Part shown: one piece after another, positions 24,491-35,520 of the stretch | Layout of the letters: every line of letters begins with the position of its first letter | How positions within the stretch are numbered: position 1 is the stretch's first letter | Translations under genes and position numbers: made by a program | Notes under the pieces: generated by a model | Seen by the model: the letters and a program-made list of their open reading frames with translations, nothing else | The model's database searches: none | What the model was told of the DNA's origin: nothing | Source: Octopus sinensis | Taxonomy: Eukaryota | NCBI RefSeq assembly: GCF_006345805.1 | Contig: NC_043009.1 | Coordinates: 55,986,001-56,050,000 of the forward strand | Length of the DNA stretch: 64,000 nt | Direction of reading: 5' to 3'

Positions 24491-26162
24491 ATGTATGTAT
24501 GTATGTATGTATGATGTATGTATGTATGTATGTATGCATGTATGCCGAAAAAGCAACGAGTGCAAATTCTAAATGAAAATAACTCAGAAATCTCTACAGA
24601 ATATTGTTACAATTGTCATAAATAACTTGTAAATTCACTTAAAATTGAAATTAAAAACGAGAAATTTGCGTTAAAACAAATAAAATATATAGCAATTACA
24701 TATTTTATTCTAAAATTTGTTTCATTACAAAACTCCACCCACGTTTTCATATGCACATGTGTGGGGTTTGCTTGCCTTTCTTATGTGTGTGTGTGTTTTC
24801 TTTTCTTCTATACATCTATGTATTACAAGTTTATTTACTTGGCTAAGTAATTATTCTTAAAGTTCGTAGGCCGTTTATAAAAATAAACGTTGAAAGCACT
24901 CTTATAGGAATAAAATATCGGGGTTTTCAACACAACAATATATCTAATAAAGCTGTTTAATTAATCAGATGTTCATATTATAAACCAACACTTGCTACCG
25001 ACTTTTCTAATTGTTATATATCTATTCATTAATTTTTTTCCAGTTGCCACAACTCAACTTGAAGTACAACACATCTATCAACATATATTGTAAAAGTACT
25101 CAGCAACGTAATAGATCTTACACAACTATTCACTTCTCACATAATGAACAATTTATTTCATATATTCATTTTCTTCTGTGTTTTCACGACTCCACAAAAC
25201 TTTAGAGTTCAAATATTGGTTAAGAGCCTAACCTTCCTATTCAGCTATAATTCTGAGTTGCCTGTGATATCTGTAGACTTCGATTGCTGATCTCTAGAAC
25301 TTTGCACACAAAACAATGTAGGCGGTAACTAAAGATAGAAATATTTATATCAAATTACGTGTTTGTTAACAGTGTTTTATTTCATTGCTATAATGTACTG
25401 TAAAACTTATCCATTGGTTTTTAGCCAACACTGCGTATTTTAAAAACCATAAGCTTACTAATGCCCACAATTGTCAAGACACACAACATCAGCTAAAAAT
25501 AAAATTTTAGATATGCTCTTCTTTTCTTTATTCTGTTTTTAGTTTACTTTACTGTATATTTAAAATCATTGAAGTCAAACTGAGAGTCAGAGGTATCTAA
25601 GTTGATAAGATATTACGGCACCACAGTGCCATATGTTCTCTCTTGCTACAAAAAGATGTTTAAATCTAAATAGCTTCACTACAGGAAACAGTACCAACAC
25701 GGCTAGTTTTTCATTAGGTTGTTAAGTTCAAATGAAATGCCACCATGGTATTATCTTATAAAGCTCTTTTTTTTTCAAAGTGAGCGACACTGCCCTCAGA
25801 GGAGGTCGATGGAAAATTTTGTATGGCTACAGAGTTTAAAAGTTTTTGTGTCCTGTTTACATATAAACTTTTTAAACAATCTGTAATATCATGATAAACT
25901 AGTTTTTAATCGGTCACAACGGCAATATTAAAAATAATAATTGATTTTAAAATGAGAATAAGTAAATAAATAAAAACTTGATATATACCATTTGTACATG
26001 AAGATTATTGTCAATTAACAAAAGTATGAGTTACAAAGACGTCAAAATTTGTGACGATTTCCATACAGGCAATAAAGACGGTCACTACACTTATAACGTT
26101 ACGTAACATCCTGATTTAATACGCATATAAAAATGAGGGGTGTTAATTTATTGAGTTAGAGA

Positions 26163-26549
26163 GGGAGGAAGCACTCCGTCGGTTACGACGACGAGGGTTC
26201 CGGTTGATCCGAATCAACGGAACAGCCTGCTCGTGAAATTAACGTGTAAGTGGCTGAACACTCCACAGACACGTGTACCCTTACCGTAGTTCTCGGGGAT
26301 ATTCAGCGTGACACAGAGAGTGACAAGGCCGGCCCTTTGAAATACAGGTACAACAGAAACAGGAAGTAAGAGTGAGAGAAAGTTGTGGTGAAAGAGTACA
26401 GCAGGGATCACCACCATCCCTGCCGGAGCCTTGTGGAGCTTTAGGTGTTTTCGCTCAATAAACACTTACAACGCCCGGTCTGGGAATCGAAACCGCGATC
26501 CTACGACCGCGAGTCCGCTGCCCTAACCACTGGGCCATTGCGCCTCCAC
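26163..26549 (-). mobile_element. SINE family 3, tail type b, with 11-bp target-site duplication
   Basis: tgagttagaga occurs at 26152-26162 and 26550-26560. Near-identical to 41879-42262. Confidence 0.9.
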
Positions 26550-27790
26550 TGAGTTAGAGAACATGTGTTAGTAAAAGGTGGGTAATAGTTTTAAAAAATT
26601 GAAAAATACTTCTTAGAAAGAGATATTAAGCATTATGAAACTAAAATGTCCAAGTTATAAACCTAGTTGCATGATTAAGAAGTTTGCTTCGAAATTACGG
26701 GGTTTAAGATTCAGTTCCATTCTAAAGCAACTTTGCAAATGTCTTCAGCCTTAGTTTCGGATTAACCAAATCCTTATGAGTGAAATTTAGCGAACAGGAG
26801 CTGTTTGGAAGCCCGTCTATGGAACAGCTCCTGTTCTTCTTGAGTACCAGAGCTTCAAAGGATACTAGATCGTTGTAACTCCGTAGGTGAATATTTAGGA
26901 AATCACTGTTCATTGAAGCAATGCAAGTATGGCATAATGTAATGAGGTTGTGTATGGGTAAATTTAAATACGAGTGAAATTAGTATTATTTTCTCAGATC
27001 AGGAGTTTGTATCTGCCTCAAGCCTACGGGGGTCACGAGGCTGGAGCTTATCCTGACTTTCAGTGTGTTTTAGACTGAAACTACAAGATTCCCCCCACCA
27101 CCACCAGCGTACAAGATGCATGTTAGTCGTAGGGCTAACTCTCAAGTTTCACTAGTACTCGTTTTCAGCTGGGTATACTGGAGATACTGAAATGAGTATG
27201 AAATTCATTACCTTAAGATCGAGAGCTTAGTTGTTTAACCACTAAACCACGTACCTTTGCGATTAATCTGCATGAAAGGAGTGACTTGATTTTCTGATCC
27301 CAAGGAAAGAAGCTGTGGGAGGTTAAATAGCAGGAAATCATTGAACAACTCGAGGTACCGGTGCTTGGATGTGTGTGCTTGAGTCTGTGTGTGTGTGTGT
27401 GTGTGCGTACATGTTTCTTGATTCATAAGTCATTGTTCTAATGTTAAAATGTCCTTAGTTGACATTCTCGTCTCTTTCTCTACCCGTTGTTCTCAAGTTT
27501 AAGAGCTGGCTATATCGTCTCAAGATTAAAGACAGTAAGTGCTTTCGGAGTCAAACTGCCTTATTGTATTAAGCTCTCGCGAGACTTATTTAAAACACCT
27601 CTCATTGACTCAAAGAATTAGAGCAATATGTTCCGAATATTAGAAACACATGACTCTCCTCTGCTGAACTTAATATTCAAATGGTTATTTTGTAGAACTG
27701 TTAGCCACACCCCGTCATCTATACTCAGTTACACATTGTCACATAGAGAACCAAGAGACGCAGGCATATATATATATACTGTAGCAATAG

Positions 27791-27793
<3 letters not shown>

Positions 27794-27832
<39 letters not shown>

Positions 27833-27886
27833 TCTTCTTCTTCTTCTCCTATTGCTGCTGCTGCTACTACTACTACAACTACTACT

Positions 27887-27955
<69 letters not shown>
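27794..27955. repeat. Compound (TAC)n/(TTC)n/(TGC)n triplet array
   Basis: Read directly from the sequence. Confidence 0.95.
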
Positions 27956-27956
<1 letters not shown>

Positions 27957-28264
27957 ACACACACATCTGTATGTATACACATGTATGCACACGAATATTC
28001 TAGCATTTTTACACACGTGTATATATATAGAATACAAAGTCACCCACCATGTATATTCATTGACAGGCACAGTGGCGCGCGTATATAGTGTTTGTATATG
28101 TATATGCATATACATACATGCATACATACGTTATCTACAAGCATACATGCATACGTTATATACACACACACACATATATATGGATAGATGGATGGATACA
28201 TATACATATACAAACACACACATTTATAGATGCATGTATTTCCATAATACACATTTGCATTTAT

Positions 28265-28428
28265 GTTGAGTTCAAATTCCGCCGAGGTCGACTTTACCTT
28301 TCATCCTTTCGGGGTCGATAAGTTAAGTACCAGTTACGCACTGGTACTTTGATGTAATCGACTTGATCCGTTTGTCTGCCCTTGTTTGTCCTCTCTGTGT
28401 TTAGCCCCTTGTGGGTAGTAAAGAAATT
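28265..28428 (+). mobile_element. SINE family 2, 5'-truncated
   Basis: Sequence runs from the B-box onward. Confidence 0.8.
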
Positions 28429-28701
28429 ATTTATGTATATAGATAATTATATGTGCATAGATATGCTTATGACACTACACGACCTACATGTATAGATAAA
28501 AAATATACTATTTACTCAAGAATACTAGTAAAACAAATGGAACTGATAAGATTAGTTAAATGTGAATAGATTTGTCATGCTTAAAAAACGTCGTATTCTG
28601 TTCTATACATAGTGTAGAAAATATGAAATAAACTGTATTCACGTTCATTGGTTGAAAACTCTGAATATAGATATACAGTACATTATATATATATATATAT
28701 A

Positions 28702-28915
28702 CTTTATTTTAAGCAGCAGAAAATTCAACAAAATCTGTTACTCTGAGTTTCTCGTTGCCGTTCAGCAAAAACTGTCTGATGAACGGCAACGAGAAACTCA
28801 GAGTAACAGATTTGTTGAATTTTCTGCTGCTTAAAATAAAGCATATTACTCTACCACTGGTATTTGAGTACTCTTTTTTCCACCTTGTTTCACATTTATG
28901 TGTTTACTCGGCTCC
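28702..28915. mobile_element. Second copy of the hammerhead fold-back element, in (AT)n
   Basis: Arms at 28702-28763 and 28781-28841 with a 17-nt spacer. The tail matches 13330-13400. Confidence 0.8.
28772..28809 (+). ncRNA. Minimal type I hammerhead ribozyme motif with intact core
   Basis: ctgt-CTGATGA-acggcaacga-GAAAC-tcaga-GTA-acag. Stem II is only cg-GCAA-cg with an A.A closing mismatch. Confidence 0.65.
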
Positions 28916-28941
28916 GGTATATATATATATTATATATATAT

Positions 28942-28978
<37 letters not shown>

Positions 28979-29139
28979 TATTCAAAGAAATTCCAACTCT
29001 GTTTTTTTATGTTTTATCTATATTCTTTATAATATTAATGTAGAATATAGAATATATAGTATAAATAGTATATATATAGTAAAATGAAATGAAGTATCGA
29101 TTGTCTTATTGAATAGATGAAATATTGAATATAAAATAT

Positions 29140-29400
29140 TAAGAGACGAGTATACTTTCTTGCATTAAAGCAGTCTTCAAGGTCCCAGGTTTTGACAGGA
29201 GTATTTCAACTGACTATATATATAGGGAGAGTTTACGAAAAAAACAAAAGACAAAGACAGGTGGTGTACAAAACAAACATATGTATTAGTATAACGCTCA
29301 GGAATAGAAAAAGTCTTTTACGTTTCGAGCCTACGTTCTTCTACAGAAAGGGACACAGAAAAAACAAGGAGAGAAAAAATGTGTGTAGTGGCTAACGATC
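29140..29400 (-). mobile_element. PLE-like pseudo-LTR fragment with degenerate hammerhead (29315-29350)
   Basis: cttt-CTGTAGA-agaacgtaggctc-GAAAC-GTA-aaag, flanked by (AT)n on the right. Confidence 0.5.
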
Positions 29401-29411
29401 ATATATCATAT

Positions 29412-29488
<77 letters not shown>

Positions 29489-29589
29489 AAGATATATATA
29501 AACTTAGATATGTTTCCACCAAAGATTGGTCTAGGCCATGTCTAACTTAATAGCACCACCTGATAGGATTATCTAAATCCTGTTTAAGT

Positions 29590-29770
29590 CAAGTTTTGTT
29601 TACAGTCCATTCAAGTACTGAGTTGTATCCAGGTATGGGCGGCTTATCCGGTATTCCTTGAAGAAATCTGTCCAAACTCCGTTTAAAGGTCATGGGATCC
29701 TTTTCCTCTTTGATCTCTTTCGGGACAATGTTAAACAGAGCAGGGGACGTATAGCCCGTGGTCCCAGCCT
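29590..29770 (-). pseudogene. CR1-type LINE ORF2 C-terminus and 3' end
   Basis: SPALFNIVPKEIKEEKDPMTFKRSLDRFLQGIPDKPPIPGYNSVLEW matches the CR1 C-terminal pattern LFN.LP...FK..LD.FL..VPD.P..PGY..S..W. Confidence 0.7.
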
Positions 29771-30219
29771 TGAATGAACCTTTAAACTAATGTTCAGGTC
29801 GTTTGGGCAATGCTGATATATATATATATATATTAATAAATAAAACATATGCATATATATAAACATATATGTACGTACCTACCTCTACATGTACATATAC
29901 ACGCATATATGAGTACAGGACACCAAAAAGACGTCAAACACAATGAGAAACGAAAACATAGACACAAACCCAAGGAACTGGACATTTTTTTAAACAACAA
30001 AAAAATAGAGTACAGGACAATTAACACAAAGAAAAAAACCCCTTCTTCAGTCGCTATGGTTTCATCTACTCTACGTATATATATATATATATACACAATA
30101 ATATTAAGGAATGGCTTTAATAGGCCATTCAACTCACTAAAACGAGCAGCTAAACTCAAACCGCTAAATAGTGGTAATTCAGAAATCAAAGGAAAATTAA
30201 AAACATTTACCCTAATCAT

Positions 30220-30318
30220 CTTTGGACAATGCATTGTTTCGACGTATTTTTGGTAAACCGCTAATTAAATTAAATTAAATTTAATCAAGTCAATCCTCCA
30301 CTTGTCTCATCGGCAAAG
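30220..30318 (-). ncRNA. Type I hammerhead motif with extended stem II
   Basis: ctttg-CCGATGA-gac-[~60 nt]-gtc-GAAAC-aatgcatt-GTC-caaag. Stem I is 5 bp and stem III is palindromic. Confidence 0.6.
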
Positions 30319-30634
30319 AAGCCAGGAGGAATAAATATCCACGAGGCAACAGCATCGATGCCTGGAAATTACCTAAATTTTCAAAATCTACCGTCATCGC
30401 GCAAACTTATCAGCAGCAAGTTATAAACTGTGATTTAATTTCAGAATTAGCCAAAAAATCATTAATTAATCAATATAAGGGTAGCAAAAAATTCAATAGA
30501 AATTTTTTCGGCCACTAGCGGTCTAGTGAGAAAGAAAAAATACTCAACAGATTATATATACATTCAACAATAATAATAATGTGTGGGTGTGTGTGCGCGT
30601 GTATTATATATATATATTTTTTATATATATATAT

Positions 30635-30681
<47 letters not shown>

Positions 30682-30689
30682 ATATAATA

Positions 30690-31084
30690 AAAATGATGAT
30701 GGGTTGAAAAATTCAACCCACCATGGATAATATATATCCAATATACTGCCAGATAGGTACCCAACAAGATTAATACATAGATGTTAAAAATTGTAAAACA
30801 ATCAGTTCATCTATTGTATTATATGGGTAAAGGTAATAATTTACCCGTAAATTAACTACAAAATTAGAGAATGGAGAAACATACTTAAATCAATAAAACA
30901 GCTGTCAGTTTTGATTTAATTGCATATTATATTTGAAATTTTTACTTATACTCTTTATCTTTTTACTATTGCTGTATATCTCATTTTGTATAATGCCTTA
31001 CTCATATGTAATGGGTATTAAAGTATTGATTGGGTAGTTGATGTTTTATTGATTTAAAGTTGTTCTCCATTCTCTAATTTTGTA

Positions 31085-31086
<2 letters not shown>
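30690..31086. mobile_element. (AT)n-embedded fold-back element
   Basis: 45-bp inverted repeats at 30855-30900 and 31042-31086, plus a hairpin-rich unique flank. Confidence 0.5.
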
Positions 31087-31166
<80 letters not shown>

Positions 31167-31241
31167 TATACATATACATATACATATGCATATATATACA
31201 CACACACCACACATACACACACACGCACACATAAATATATA

Positions 31242-32517
31242 CAGGGTAGGACAAAATAATGGAAACACTAGCATCATAGCATCATAATTTTGAAATATCT
31301 ATAAAACCACTAAAAGCTTGTTTATTTTTATGTTTTTTTTTTATTATTATTAGTGTTGCTTAATATGATTTGCTAAAATTGTTGTTTCTTTTCAGATATC
31401 ATCAGAAAAAGGTAATTAAAATTCATTAAACTGACAGATCTATCGGACTTTCAAAGAGGTCAAATTGTAGGTGCTCGTATGGCAGGCGTTAGCGTAAAGA
31501 AACTAGCCGAAATGTTTGGTGTATCTAGAAGTACTGTCTCGAAAGTAATGACAGCCTTTGAGAAAAGGGGAAAACCACCTCGTCGAAACAAAATTCCGGA
31601 AGAAAACCAAAACTTTCAGATAGGGACCGTCGGACTCTTACGCGAATTGTTAGAAAGGATCACAAAAGTACAGCTCCTAAAATTACTGAAGAGCTTAATG
31701 GTCACCTCGAGAACCCAGTTTCCACAAAAACTGTTTGCCGGGAGCTGCACAAAGCCGGATTTCACGGGAGGGCTGCAATCAGAAAACCACTACTTTCAAA
31801 AACAGACGTTGCAAAGCGTTTAGAGTAGAGTAAAAACCTACGGAATTGGTCTCTAGAGCATGGAAGAAAGTTATTTTCTCGGACGAGTCATCCTTTACTT
31901 TATTTCCGACCACTGGCTGAGTATACGCGTGGAGACAGCCAAAAGAAGCATTTGACCCAGACTGATTTCTTCCAACTGTTAAACATGGAATGGGATCTGT
32001 GATGATCTGGGGAGCGGGGCTAAATCTTGAAAATCCGCCGGCCCAATGGTTTCCCTTAATGGCAGAATTAAGAGTCAAGACTATTTAAGCATTTTATCTG
32101 ATTAAATTCATCCTATGGTTGCAGAACTGTTTCTGGGGGGAAACGCAATCTTTCAGGATGATAATGCACCAATTCACACAGCTAAAGTTGTTACTGAATT
32201 GTACGAGGAACATTCTAGTGAAGTTGAACACCTTATCTGGCCACCACAGTCCCCAGATCACAATATTATTGAACATTTATGGTGCATTTTAGAAAAACAA
32301 GTAAGGAGTTGATATCCTTCACCATCATCACTACAAGAACTGGAGACTGTTTAAGCTGAAGAATGGACAAAAATTCCTTTAGAAATAATTCAAACTTTGA
32401 ATGAGTCTATACCTCGTAGAATTCAAGCTGTAATTACTGCCAAAGGTCGTCTTACTCCATAATAAAATAAATTTGTTTGAAATTTTAATGTGTTTCCATT
32501 ATTTTATCCAACCCCTG
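31242..32517 (+). mobile_element. Near-full-length Tc1 transposon with a disrupted DD34E transposase
   Basis: TIRs caggg(t)aggacaaaataatggaaacac / gtgtttccattattttatccaacccctg, with TA on both sides. Motifs include LSDFQRGQIVGARMAG, HTH, FSDES, FQDDNAPIH and WPPQSPD..IIEHLW. Frameshifts and stops are present. Confidence 0.92.
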
Positions 32518-32929
32518 TATATATATTCTTTACGTTTCTCTTTTTTTTTTTTGGGGGGGGGGTTGTAAGATTCCTGATGTGAAATCGTGCGTTGAAACAG
32601 AATATTGTTGTATTTCGAGATTCTTTTATTCTTTTACTTGTTTCAGTCATTTGACTGTGGCCATGCTGGAGCACCGCCTTTAGTCGAGCAAATCGACCCC
32701 AGGACATATTTTTTGTAAGCCTAGTACTTATTCTATCGGTCTCTTTTACTGAACCGCTAGTTTACGGGAACGTAAACACACCAACATTGGTTGTCAAGTG
32801 ATGGTGGGGGACAAACACAGACACACAATTACATACACACACACACACACACACCATACACACACACACACAAACACACACACAACACACACACACATAC
32901 ATACACACACAGAGGGAGAATATATAGAT

Positions 32930-33135
32930 TGGTTTCAAATTTTGGCACAAGGCCAGCAATTTAGAGTGAGTGGGTTCAACGGTGTTCCACGGGTGCAACG
33001 GGTACTAATTTTACTGACTTCGAAAGGGTGAAAGGCAAAGTCGGCCTCAGCAGAATTTGAACTCAAAGCGTAAAAGACGGACGAAATGGCGCTAAGCATT
33101 TTACCCAGCGTGCTAACGATTCTGCCAGCTCTCTT
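32930..33135 (-). mobile_element. SINE family 2, diverged
   Basis: Core and head recognisable. Confidence 0.7.
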
Positions 33136-33958
33136 TTGACTGATCACGCTGGGCACCGCCTTGAAGGGTTTTAAACAAGTGAATCGCCCCCAGTGCTGAG
33201 TTTCTGAAGCCTAGTATTTATTCTATCGGTCATTTGGAGTGCTGAACCGTTAGTTACGGGAATGTAAACAAACCAACTTGAGTTGTTAAGCGGTTGTGAA
33301 GGACAAACACAGACACAAAAACACACATGCATAATATATGTGTGTGCGTATGTGAGTGTGTGTGTGTTTGTGAATGTGTGTGTGTATGTGTGAAAATATG
33401 TGTGCGTGCGTAAATGTGTATGTGTATGTTTGTGTGTGTATGTGAGGTCAAAATTAAAGCGATGCAATACGGAAAATGGTTAATGGAAAATGAACAATTA
33501 AACATGGAATACCTCTCGTCAGCGTCTTGGAATTCAGAATCAGCGTAGTTTCGGTGTCTGAAAACTTGATGTGATGAACTACTTACGTGGATATGCCAGT
33601 GATTGGAAATATTGCTGCGGTAGTGTATATTGCAAAGAAAAATATTTTAGAATACGGAGAACAACAATCGTGTTAGGCTGAAAATTGTGGACACGCAGTT
33701 ACATGTAATACAGTTTAACACAAACAATGTTGTATTATGTTTGCATATACGTATGCGCGTCTGTGTCAATGCATACACATCTTATATACATATACACATA
33801 TGCATACGCACATACATAAATACATACGTAGCTACATGCATATTCGAATGTACAGCTATCGAAATAGATGAAAATTGAATTGGTTGTACCTTCGTACGCA
33901 TATAAACAAGCGTACACACTATTATATGTAAATTAAAGCATATACACTCAATTAAATA

Positions 33959-34253
33959 CGCGTAAGAGTCCGACGGTCCCCATCTGAAAGTTTTGGTTTT
34001 CTTCCGGAATTTTGTTTCGACGAGGTGGTTTTCCCCCTTTCTCAAAGGCTGTCATTACTTTCGAGACAGTACTTCTAGATACACCAAGCATTTCGGCTAG
34101 TTTCTTTACGCTAGCGCCTGCCATACGAGCACCAACAATTTGACCTCTTTGAAAGTCCGATAGATCTGTCAGTTTAATGAATTTTAATTACCTTTTTCTG
34201 ATGATATCTGAAAAGAAACAACAATTTTTTAGCAAAACATATTAAGCAAACAC
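33959..34253 (-). mobile_element. Internal fragment of the same Tc1 family, inverted
   Basis: Reverse complement of ~31354-31646 with a few substitutions. No TIRs. Confidence 0.9.
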
Positions 34254-34291
34254 GCTTACACACACACACCACACACACACACACACCACAC

Positions 34292-34342
<51 letters not shown>

Positions 34343-34564
34343 ACACACACATTCATTCATTCATTTATTCTATACGAACAATAAATATATACACTGAATC
34401 ATCAGAGTAAACAATATAAAACACGCCAGTACCCTGCGCTCTTCTCCCTGAAAGATAAACTCATTCTATCTTATAACCTGAACTCACCGCATCAACACAT
34501 ATTAGAATGCTCGAAAGATACAGACGAAACAGTATCTGTCTAACATCAACATAGTAGTCATTTA

Positions 34565-35004
34565 CTAGTAGTCATTCAAAGCCACAGTCGAACCAATTCT
34601 ACTATATGGCTCAGAAACCTGGACGTTATCAAAAAAGCTTGAGAGGCGGTTGGATGGAACCTACACTCGCCTCCTTATGAGAGCTCAAAATCTCTCGTGG
34701 AAGCGCCATCCAACCAAAATGCAAATATATGGGAAATTACCACCTGTGTCATCTCTTGTGAAAGGTAGGAGAGTCCAGTTTGCTGGACATTGTTGTAGAG
34801 CTGAAAAAGAAGTAATCTCTACTCTTCTCCTCTGGAAGCCATCTACTCGCAATACCAGAGGGCGCACACTCTCCTACCCTGATGTAATCTCCAGGGATAC
34901 AGGCATCCAGCAACAGGACCTCCGTAATGCTATGATGGACCGTGATGTCTGGCGTAACATAGTAAATTCCATTGTCTCGACCACGGTCGAACAATGATGA
35001 TGAT
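34565..35004 (+). pseudogene. 5'-truncated RTE-like LINE ORF2 3' end
   Basis: VEPILLYGSETWTL...LDGTYTRLL...RRVQFAGHCCR...AMMDRDVWR, then a stop codon and a (TGA)n tail. Confidence 0.85.
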
Positions 35005-35329
35005 GAGTCATTTACTGAACTATACGCAGAGTTCCATGCATTTGATGTAGTATTTTTAATGATGAACAGGAAGTGATTTACTTCTTATGTTGAATAATTA
35101 ATATGCATAGTTTGAATCTGTGTTTTCACAACCTACCATACCTAACCAGATGTCCAGATGAAGTTGTACTTGATCTCTTTCTCACTCTCTCTCTCTCTCT
35201 CTCTCTTTATATATGTATGTATGTACCTATGTATTAATTCGTGTGTTTGTATACATACACACATACTTAAATGTGTGTGCGTGTGTGTGTGTGTAAAGCT
35301 TCGAGCTTCAGTTCTTCTACAGAAGAATA

Positions 35330-35343
35330 GATAGATAGACAGG

Positions 35344-35436
<93 letters not shown>

Positions 35437-35481
35437 TGACAGACTGACTGATTGATAATATAGATAAATAGATTGACAGAC

Positions 35482-35520
<39 letters not shown>
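35330..35520. repeat. (GATA)n/(GACA)n array
   Basis: Read directly from the sequence. Confidence 0.95.

Noticed and set aside
34195-34220. CTGATGA-tatct-GAAA motif
   Set aside because: It has no stem II or III and no NUH site, and lies in the antisense Tc1 leader, so it is a chance match.
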